This document shows positions 9,051 through 15,677 of a stretch of 52,043 nt of DNA, piece by piece (position 1 is the first letter of the stretch; each line of letters opens with the position of its first letter). Location: the NCBI GenBank assembly GCA_900318605.1, contig ONLJ01000070.1:1-52043 (forward strand). The letters are read 5' to 3'. The notes below the pieces were generated by a model that was not told the DNA's origin, ran no database searches, and saw only the letters and a list, made by a program, of their open reading frames with translations. The position numbers were made by a program, and so were the translations under genes. This DNA is from an uncultured Rhodospirillaceae bacterium (GTDB lineage: Bacteria; Pseudomonadota; Alphaproteobacteria; RF32; CAG-239).

Positions 9051-10130
9051 TTACTTATCAATTTCCTCACACTCGCCGTTTGAACAAGAAATCATAATAC
9101 TGTCATCGGAAGCGTGAGCAAAAGTACCGTCCGGACAATTTCTGCGTTCGCAATTCAAAACAGTTGCTCCGTTTTTTTCTCCGTAATTACAATATTCACA
9201 TGTTCTCGCATCAATAAGCTGCCAACCTATTCCGTTGACATTATTAAAACTTATGTCGCCCGAAACATTCTGCGGCGAAGAATTTTCGCTCACACTAACC
9301 TTTACACACTCTTTATTTTTGCATTTCCAACCGACATTATTATCATTAGGATCGGCATATTCCCCGTCAGGACATACTTCATTTCGACATTCCGGTTTAT
9401 TATCTTCTCTCTTAACACAGAATCTGCACTGACCGTCTCCGACAAATTGCCATTTATCCGTAAGCACATATTCTTCCGCAACGATTGTATTAACCACTTC
9501 AGCTTCGGCACCACCGGTTGAACCGGCCGAACTTTCCGAATTTTCCGCTGCTTGATTATCTCTATCCTGAGCATCTTGCAACTCACTGATTGAGGCAACT
9601 TCGGTCAAAACATCTTTACTGATATTTTCGATATTGGAAATAGCCAGATATTTAAGCTGTTCTACATACAAGTCTCTGAAACTGTTAACTACCGAAGTCA
9701 ACACTGCATTGGTATTGATTGCCGCTCCGTCAACATCATTTACTGTTTTAGCATTAGCATTTACTTCGGCAACTTCTTCGCTTTGTTTAAGATAATATCC
9801 GGCAACCGCTGCACCTTTAGCCACAGCAAGTGACATCATTTCCTGCAGTTCATCGGCTTTGATTTCGTTTAAGTCTTTCAAACCTTCTCTTGCAATTTCG
9901 GCATTACTGCTTCGACGTTTTAGTGCCAAAGTATTGATACAATTCCGCAGTTTCTGCGGGTCTTTAACCATATCTTCCGCCGAAGTTTTGCAGTGTGTAG
10001 CCATTGTATTCGGAATCAGCTGATAACTTTCCTTATAAACACCGGAAAAAACCTCCTCTTCAGCCTTAAGCGAGTCGCAAACAAAAGCCGAAACAACTAA
10101 CATCGCAAAAATTTTCATCAACTTTTTCAT
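9051..10130 (-). CDS. secreted protein (359 aa) with a helical N-half and a duplicated 6-Cys C-terminal module
   Basis: Sec signal MKKLMKIFAMLVVSAFVCDSLKA|EE. The C-terminal part contains two copies of W-Q-x-[VI]-x-D-x(2,3)-C-x-[FY]-C-x(8,10)-C-x(3)-CPDG-x-[YF]-A-x(8,10)-C-x-N-x-EC. Confidence 0.7.
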   Translation of the reverse strand: MKKLMKIFAMLVVSAFVCDSLKAEEEVFSGVYKESYQLIPNTMATHCKTSAEDMVKDPQKLRNCINTLALKRRSSNAEIAREGLKDLNEIKADELQEMMSLAVAKGAAVAGYYLKQSEEVAEVNANAKTVNDVDGAAINTNAVLTSVVNSFRDLYVEQLKYLAISNIENISKDVLTEVASISELQDAQDRDNQAAENSESSAGSTGGAEAEVVNTIVAEEYVLTDKWQFVGDGQCRFCVKREDNKPECRNEVCPDGEYADPNDNNVGWKCKNKECVKVSVSENSSPQNVSGDISFNNVNGIGWQLIDARTCEYCNYGEKNGATVLNCERRNCPDGTFAHASDDSIMISCSNGECEEIDK

Positions 10131-10166
10131 AACCGCAAACTCCTTAATTTTTAAAACTTGTTACCT

Positions 10167-10688
10167 TTATTTGCCCCTAATGCCAATTTTTTCATCGATT
10201 TGAACATTCTTTTTATTTACCCAATTATAGGCCTTATTAACTTTTGCTTTGATATTTTCTTCGGCCTTTTCACGATTTTCATCAATTTTTTTACGAGCGG
10301 AACTTATTCCTTCTTTAAGTTTTTCAAATTTGTTTTTAGCTGTTTTCTGGGATTCTTCGCCTGCTTCTTTTTTGGCTTTTTCCTTTTTTTCCTGCTCAAG
10401 CTTATACTTATCAAAGCCTATTTTTTTAGCATCTTTAACAAACTCACCGATATTTCCGCTGGCCACATTTTTTAACATACCGACCACTCCCCAAAGCGAA
10501 TTTTCTTTTATCCTTGAAACTGTTTGATTGACTCGTTCTTTTACCATAGATACAGTCGAGACTTTTGTTTCAACCTGAGTTAAATTCTCGCTGATACTGT
10601 TGGTAGGCAACGGATAAGACCACGCATTATCCGAGCAGATGAACACAGCAAAAACCGCAATAAATGAAATCAAGCTAAATTTTCTCAT
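10167..10688 (-). CDS. small secreted Lys/Glu-rich protein (173 aa), unknown function
   Basis: GGAGG RBS upstream of the ATG at 10688. Sec signal MRKFSLISFIAVFAVFICSDNAWS|YP. The C-terminal half is KEKAKKEAGEESQKTAKNKFEKLKE-type charged helix. Confidence 0.65.
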   Translation of the reverse strand: MRKFSLISFIAVFAVFICSDNAWSYPLPTNSISENLTQVETKVSTVSMVKERVNQTVSRIKENSLWGVVGMLKNVASGNIGEFVKDAKKIGFDKYKLEQEKKEKAKKEAGEESQKTAKNKFEKLKEGISSARKKIDENREKAEENIKAKVNKAYNWVNKKNVQIDEKIGIRGK

Positions 10689-10707
10689 GACAGCCTCCTT
10701 GTCCTTA

Positions 10708-10736
10708 ATTATATGCTATCACATAAGTTCGTTTAA
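10708..10736 (-). promoter_or_regulatory. possible internal sigma70-like promoter ahead of the five-ORF block
   Basis: On the minus strand: TTAAAC, then 17 nt, then TATAAT (rc of 10731-10736 and 10708-10713). It lies in the 68-nt gap after virB4 and just upstream of the GGAGG RBS. Confidence 0.3.
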
Positions 10737-10756
10737 AAAAAGACTTTTTTAAAAAC

Positions 10757-13186
10757 CTAGGCAATATTTAAATATTTTGTAACAAATCCGTCTTCGCCAT
10801 ATTCCTTTATCAGTTGCTGAACGAGCAAAACATTCTTTCTTCCGGAGTTGTAAATCCTCAAATATTTACCCAAACCGCCCAAATTAACGTCTAAAATAAC
10901 CGATTCACCGGTAACAGGACGTGAAAGCAAAATAGCATACGGAAAATCGCGATAACTTTTACCGAAAATAAAGTCGAGTTCACTCTGAGTTAAGTTCCAG
11001 TTGGCATAATCTTCAACTTGAGCTTGCGGATTTCTAAAGAAAATAACCGTCTGACATTGACCGCGAATAACCTCGCCGACACCAAGTTTATCAACGATAT
11101 TCGGTTGTTGGAAAGCACACAGATAGGCCTGACGTTTTTTACGTCCTTCTTGCAAACCTTGAATAAAATAATCTCTAAACATCGGGTGCTTCAACATCGG
11201 CGCCGTTTCATCAATCATAATAAGAGATGGCACACCGGTTTCTCCGGTTTCTGACTGAATACGATGCATAATATAGCTGATAACAGCCGGCGCCAAATTT
11301 TCATCTTCGAAAATATGGGTAAAATCGAAGGCCATAAATCTGCGGCTTTTCAAATCCAAACTGTCATCTTGCGCATTAAAAATCGCACCGTACTGGTCAG
11401 GATTAACCCAGCGGAAAAGTTCGCGACGCATATTACCGGTCGGTGAAAAACAGCTCTTATAAAGATTTTTAAGCAAACGCTCTTCCGGCCTCAAATAATC
11501 AAATGCCGTAGTAACAGCGCGCGAAACCTCACGCTCTGCCAAAGCATCATCAACCATTGTGATTGATTTCAGCCAACGGCGCAAAAACGCACGATTTTCC
11601 GGAGTATTATTACAGTCAAACGGATTTAAGGAAACATTCTTTTCATCACCGTCAAAACCGACATAAGCACCTTTAATCGCACGCGTAAAAATTTCAGCAC
11701 CCAAATGGCGGTCGAAGAAAAACACTCTCAAATCGCCGTGACGCATAGCCTGTCCGGCTAAAAAGGTCAGCAATGTTGTTTTACCTTGACCGGTAGGACC
11801 GACAATACAACAGTGAGCCACTGCCGATTCTTCGGAAGAAACGTGAAATTGAAAACGGTAAGCCGAACCCGACATGGTTCTGAATACGGTAATTGCCCCG
11901 TTACCCCAGTCACTTTTACTAAAACCTTCTGCCGGCTTATCCATCGTTACCGCCATTGCAATCACGCGTGAAAGATAGCGATAAGTTCTCGGATAAGTAT
12001 CATAAGTCGGGAATTGGGTAAAGAACACAGCCTGAGCCACCCAGCCCTCACGCACCGGAGTAACGCCGAACGAACGACAGATTCTTTGAACTTCCGATTC
12101 GCCGAAATTTATCTCGTCCATAGTTTCGGCTTTCAAAATAATCGTCATTGAATATTCGCATAAGGACTGATAATTATTGTCGCTATCATCAATCGCCGCC
12201 AAAGCCTGAGAATATTGTTCAACCACCCCCGGCGAGAAACTGGTCATCGTTGCCATTCTTTGTTGTTGCATCAAAAGAAGTCTTGCCTGCGAACGGAATA
12301 TCGGACGAATATTATGCAAAATAATCATCTCGCAATCGATAGCATTAAGCGAATATATCATACTTTCATCCATAGTATCGCCGGTAGCTCTGATACCGAT
12401 TGCAATCTCATAAAGCTCTTTTTTTCCGGAGAAAAATTTGATAATACCCTCTTCGTCAGTAAAATGAATATGGTCGGCAGTCAACATTTCGCAAAGTCTT
12501 ACACCCTCGGCATTACGAACTTTTGGGAGTGGTTTTGAAATCGGACTGCATATTTGCGAAAACAAATAAAAAGGACTATCTTCGGCAGAACTTTCTTCAG
12601 TTTCATACATCGGACTGACATTGTATTCTCCAAGCGTTGAAATCAAACTTTGCGAAGCATAGTTCAAATCTTTCAAGGCATCTTTCCTATCGACAACCGA
12701 CATAACGACATAGTGCTTATTGGAGTAAACACGGCTCATATTACTGAACCAAACCTGAGAAATCGTATCAAGAAGGGCATTATTAAAATCCCGTTTTTCT
12801 TTTTCGAGCGAAATTCTGTCGCGTACGGTAATCACTCGACAAACCACCTGCATATTAGCCATATCGTCAATCCACGATTTTCTGGCTTCCATCATTGAAT
12901 AAACTTTTTCAGCAGTGGCGGAAGACAAATCCACACCTTCCAACCTAAAGACACGTGCATAAGAATTATTGCTACATTGGATTGTAACACCGTCGGACAT
13001 CAATTTCGCAAACGGCAGAAAATCTGAAACGCGTGATTCTCTAGGTTGAGGCAGAACCCAGCTACCAAATCTGGTGGCTAGCAAAACCGCAAAAGCCGCT
13101 GCCGAAACAATACCGATTAAAGCAATAATAACCTCAATATTACTGAGGCCACGCACAAAGATACTGAAAAAATCCTGCTCACTCAT
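10757..13186 (-). CDS. virB4: VirB4/TrbE-family T4SS ATPase
   Basis: 809 aa. N-terminal TM (VIIALIGIVSAAAFAVLLA), Walker A CCIVGPTGQGKTTLL, Walker B-like PSLIMIDETAPML. A 4-nt ATGA overlap couples it to virB3. Confidence 0.9.
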   Translation of the reverse strand: MSEQDFFSIFVRGLSNIEVIIALIGIVSAAAFAVLLATRFGSWVLPQPRESRVSDFLPFAKLMSDGVTIQCSNNSYARVFRLEGVDLSSATAEKVYSMMEARKSWIDDMANMQVVCRVITVRDRISLEKEKRDFNNALLDTISQVWFSNMSRVYSNKHYVVMSVVDRKDALKDLNYASQSLISTLGEYNVSPMYETEESSAEDSPFYLFSQICSPISKPLPKVRNAEGVRLCEMLTADHIHFTDEEGIIKFFSGKKELYEIAIGIRATGDTMDESMIYSLNAIDCEMIILHNIRPIFRSQARLLLMQQQRMATMTSFSPGVVEQYSQALAAIDDSDNNYQSLCEYSMTIILKAETMDEINFGESEVQRICRSFGVTPVREGWVAQAVFFTQFPTYDTYPRTYRYLSRVIAMAVTMDKPAEGFSKSDWGNGAITVFRTMSGSAYRFQFHVSSEESAVAHCCIVGPTGQGKTTLLTFLAGQAMRHGDLRVFFFDRHLGAEIFTRAIKGAYVGFDGDEKNVSLNPFDCNNTPENRAFLRRWLKSITMVDDALAEREVSRAVTTAFDYLRPEERLLKNLYKSCFSPTGNMRRELFRWVNPDQYGAIFNAQDDSLDLKSRRFMAFDFTHIFEDENLAPAVISYIMHRIQSETGETGVPSLIMIDETAPMLKHPMFRDYFIQGLQEGRKKRQAYLCAFQQPNIVDKLGVGEVIRGQCQTVIFFRNPQAQVEDYANWNLTQSELDFIFGKSYRDFPYAILLSRPVTGESVILDVNLGGLGKYLRIYNSGRKNVLLVQQLIKEYGEDGFVTKYLNIA

Positions 13187-13473
13187 GGCTCAAATTTGTT
13201 TCCTTTCACCTCATAGAGGTTAGTTGTCTTCTTATACGTTTGCCCAAATGCCTGCATCATAGTCGATAAATGCGGCTCTCTTTGACCGGCAACAACCAAT
13301 GCTCCGTGAGCCAGAATAATACTCACAACAAAAGCCAAAGGGTTCATATCGGCAACTCCTATTCCCATAAACAACATCGGGAACTGGATACCTAAATTTA
13401 TTATGGCAGGTACGAACGGAGCAAATAAAAACTTAGGAGGCTGAGCTACGGCTTTTAAAATATAATCCCTCAT
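13183..13473 (-). CDS. virB3: VirB3/TrbD-family small inner-membrane T4SS protein
   Basis: 96 aa with two hydrophobic segments (FAPFVPAIINLGIQFPMLFMGIGV and LAFVVSIILAHGALVVAG) followed by REPHL. It lies immediately upstream of virB4 and overlaps it. Confidence 0.8.
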   Translation of the reverse strand: MRDYILKAVAQPPKFLFAPFVPAIINLGIQFPMLFMGIGVADMNPLAFVVSIILAHGALVVAGQREPHLSTMMQAFGQTYKKTTNLYEVKGNKFEP

Positions 13474-13916
13474 CTCAATCTCCCAAGTTTAACAGACAAT
13501 TTTGCGACAACATCGTCATCGCGAGATGATTGTAACGCAATATTGGTTAATTGATGGTAAAAATATTCGTCATGTTTTAAAATTAATTCATTTTTATCGG
13601 CAACAAAGCGCTTCACAAACCGCTCTGTTTCTTTCAAAATATCTTGTCTTTGCAGCTCTTGCGAATTACCGGAAGCAATTTTTTCGATTTCTTCTTGTCC
13701 AAGTTTTTTTGCAAGTTCGGGCTTTTTTTCATAAAGTTCTTCAATTTTTTTAAGTTTTTTTAATATGATATCGTTGGAATTATTGAGCATATAAAGATTA
13801 GTCGTTTGTTCATTGGCCGTAGCCTTGGCATCGCCTTTATTCTCGACCTCTAAATACGCAAAAGCATGAGATATAAAAGAACAAAAAACAAAAGAAACGA
13901 CTAATAATAACCTCAT
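13470..13916 (-). CDS. secreted helical protein (148 aa) between virB2 and virB3, unknown function
   Basis: Start revised to the ATG at 13916 (CAT 13914-13916) with a GAGG RBS. Sec signal MRLLLVVSFVFCSFISHAFA|YL. A 4-nt overlap joins it to the virB3 start. Confidence 0.6.
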   Translation of the reverse strand: MRLLLVVSFVFCSFISHAFAYLEVENKGDAKATANEQTTNLYMLNNSNDIILKKLKKIEELYEKKPELAKKLGQEEIEKIASGNSQELQRQDILKETERFVKRFVADKNELILKHDEYFYHQLTNIALQSSRDDDVVAKLSVKLGRLR

Positions 13917-13926
13917 CTTTAAACCT

Positions 13927-14301
13927 CTAATGTCCACTACTAAACGTATCGACAACACCCGAAATAAAGTCTGTTGACCCGCTGGTATCGAAACCGCTTA
14001 TCGGAGCAATTTCTCCCGGTTTTGCCCGCACCCATGTAATTGCTGCTGTCATTGACGTTAAGAAAAAAGTGCTGATAGCAATATATGCAAAAGTTTTCCA
14101 ACTGATTTTATTAAACATTGCCGCTACCGCAAAAGCAATCAAGCCCAAACCGGCTATAATATAGCCAACCTTTTGGAGGTTATTGCCCAAATTTCCGGCA
14201 CGCAAAGCGAGTTCATCAAAAACATCTCCGGCATAGGCATCTCCGGCAAAAACCAACGCTCCGAGTAGGAGTAAAAATTTTAAGATTCCGTACTTTTTCA
14301 T
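13927..14301 (-). CDS. virB2: VirB2/TrbC-family pilin paralogue c (124 aa)
   Basis: Start revised to the ATG at 14301 (CAT 14299-14301) with an AAGGAG RBS. Signal ends GDAYA|GDVFDE. Two hydrophobic helices are separated by FNKISWKTF, followed by a hydrophilic Gly/Ser-rich tail. Confidence 0.7.
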   Translation of the reverse strand: MKKYGILKFLLLLGALVFAGDAYAGDVFDELALRAGNLGNNLQKVGYIIAGLGLIAFAVAAMFNKISWKTFAYIAISTFFLTSMTAAITWVRAKPGEIAPISGFDTSGSTDFISGVVDTFSSGH

Positions 14302-14320
14302 CTTTTTTCTCCTTTCACGC

Positions 14321-14716
14321 TCACTTTGTCGGGACAATTTTATCAAGAAGTTCAGATATTCCGAAACCGCTGTATCCGTCCATACCTTCGCCGGCGAACA
14401 TATCAGCACCCTGGTTAGGATCACCTGAAGCCGCCAAAGATATAATCAATACACCGAGCATAATTGCCGCCAACCATTTCCAGTTAAAATTACCGAACAT
14501 ACCGGCAATACAAACACAAGCCAATCCGATTGTTGCCGCCGGATAGATAATTTTCACGATTCCCTGAAAGATATTGTTTCCGGCTGTTTGTAAAGATTCA
14601 AAAACCGCGTATGCGTCCGTTGTATAGAAAAATAGTGAAACAACCAAGAAAAGTGTGCACTTATTCTCTTTTACGAAACTATACAACATTTTCCCTATTT
14701 TTTTATACAACATCAC
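14321..14716 (-). CDS. virB2: VirB2/TrbC-family pilin paralogue b (131 aa)
   Basis: GGGAGG RBS. Signal ends TDAYA|VFESL. Two hydrophobic helices are separated by FGNFNWKWL, followed by a divergent hydrophilic tail. Confidence 0.7.
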   Translation of the reverse strand: MMLYKKIGKMLYSFVKENKCTLFLVVSLFFYTTDAYAVFESLQTAGNNIFQGIVKIIYPAATIGLACVCIAGMFGNFNWKWLAAIMLGVLIISLAASGDPNQGADMFAGEGMDGYSGFGISELLDKIVPTK

Positions 14717-14733
14717 TGCCTCCCTTGGGTTTC

Positions 14734-14758
14734 AAGGAGCGGAGAGCTTCCGCTCCTT
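14734..14758 (-). terminator. GC-rich intercistronic stem-loop after the first virB2 (attenuator or mRNA stabiliser candidate)
   Basis: AAGGAGCGGA (14734-14743), a 5-nt loop, then TCCGCTCCTT (14749-14758), giving a perfect 10-bp stem. There is no strong T-run, so partial termination or a processing barrier is more likely than a full stop. Confidence 0.45.
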
Positions 14759-14788
14759 ATTAAATTCCCTGTTAAAATACTTTATGTA

Positions 14789-15166
14789 TTAGTCATAATC
14801 ACCGATTACACCGCCTGCGGCACCAGGTCCGGAACCTAAAGTATCATTAAATTTACTTCCCGAAGCACCTTCGGTATTGGCAGCATAGTTAACGATAGCA
14901 CCGGCAGCGGCAACAACTGCCAAACCGAATGCCAATGCTGCAAACCACGGCCATTTTACCTTACCGAAAATAGCTTGGAATGCCAAAGCAACCAAACCGA
15001 AACCACCGATAACGAAGATTATCATTTTGGCATTTCGGAAAAGTTCAACCAGTTTTTCACGAGCTGATTCAAAAACCGAAGCGGCATAAGAACCATCAAT
15101 CATTACGAGCGTAAACAAAAGTGTCATCGCCATAATGCTTAAGATATTATTTTTAAAGAATTTCAT
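14789..15166 (-). CDS. virB2: VirB2/TrbC-family pilin paralogue a (125 aa), first gene of the T4SS operon
   Basis: Start revised from 15502 to the ATG at 15166 (CAT 15164-15166) with an AGGAG RBS. Signal ends DGSYA|ASVFES. Helices are separated by FGKVKWPWF, with a Gly-rich tail. The track's N-terminal extension is a translation of the upstream tandem repeat. Confidence 0.75.
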   Translation of the reverse strand: MKFFKNNILSIMAMTLLFTLVMIDGSYAASVFESAREKLVELFRNAKMIIFVIGGFGLVALAFQAIFGKVKWPWFAALAFGLAVVAAAGAIVNYAANTEGASGSKFNDTLGSGPGAAGGVIGDYD

Positions 15167-15379
15167 TTTGTTTCTCCTAATAAATTTGACCTTACACTTA
15201 TATATTATCGCATTTTTTATAAAACTTCCAGCTTTTTGTGTAGTTGTTAACATATTGTTTTTACAACAAAAAAAGCCTTGTAACAAAAAATTCATAATTA
15301 TATTCGTGCAACATACGAACTTTTTTCTATCACTAATTGGTAAAAAAATTGATAACGTTATATGGAGATTTTCACACAT

Positions 15380-15460
15380 GTCATTCCGAGGAGCTTTTTT
15401 TATATTGTCATTCCGAGGAGTTTTTTTTATATTGTCATTCCGAGGAGCTTTTTTTATATT
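15380..15460. repeat. 3 x 27-bp perfect-phase tandem repeat (GTCATTCCGAGGAG + C/T + T7-8 + ATATT)
   Basis: The units are 15380-15406, 15407-15433 and 15434-15460. Units 1 and 3 are identical and unit 2 differs by C->T. Each unit starts with the left arm of the REP-like element that follows. Confidence 0.9.
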
Positions 15461-15498
15461 GTCATTCCGAGGAGCCGCAAGGCGACGTCGGAATCTCC
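15461..15498. repeat. REP/MITE-like palindromic element, copy 4 of the family in this window
   Basis: GTCATTCCGAGGAG-CCGCAAGGC-GACGTCGGAATCTCC. It has ATTCC/GGAAT-type terminal pairing and an inner GCC..GGC pairing, the same architecture as the elements at 25890-26060. Confidence 0.8.
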
Positions 15499-15677
15499 TC
15501 AAACAAGCGACTCATTCAAAAAAAATCATCTGTTATTTATGACCTACATGCCACGAAAAACAAAAAAATTTCGCCATTAACTCTATTTTAACATAATGAG
15601 ATGTATCCTTGCCGCAAGGGAAAGGGCATTTTTATGTCTGTTTCTTGGATTTCAGGCACTTTGAAACGAGGATTCTT

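Larger units (their letters stand above)
1..15166 (-). other. VirB/Trb-type type IV secretion system gene cluster, continuing beyond the window start
   Basis: Co-directional, tightly packed or overlapping ORFs with recognisable VirB2 (x3), VirB3, VirB4, VirB8 (x2), VirB7-like lipoprotein and VirB9 signatures. virB10, virB11 and virD4 are not in the window and are presumably further downstream on the minus strand. Confidence 0.85.

Noticed and set aside
10158-10527. Plus-strand F-rich ORFs (105 and 92 aa) opposite the 173-aa gene
   Set aside because: This is the same antisense-of-Lys/Glu-codons artefact.
15380-15500. Possible CRISPR array, given regularly spaced GTCATTCCGAGGAG repeats
   Set aside because: The units are contiguous 27-bp tandem repeats with no unique spacers. 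There are only 3.5 copies, no cas genes are present, and the repeat is an arm of a dispersed REP-like palindrome.
14789-15502. 237-aa ORF with an N-terminal PRNDNIKKA x3 repeat, and the plus-strand ORFs 15135-15542, 15337-15591 and 15362-15580 (VIPRSFFYI or HSEELFLYC repeats)
   Set aside because: The repetitive peptides are translations of the 27-bp DNA repeat in different frames. A good RBS and ATG at 15166 gives a normal VirB2-like protein, and the plus-strand ORFs lack an RBS and span the intergenic control region.
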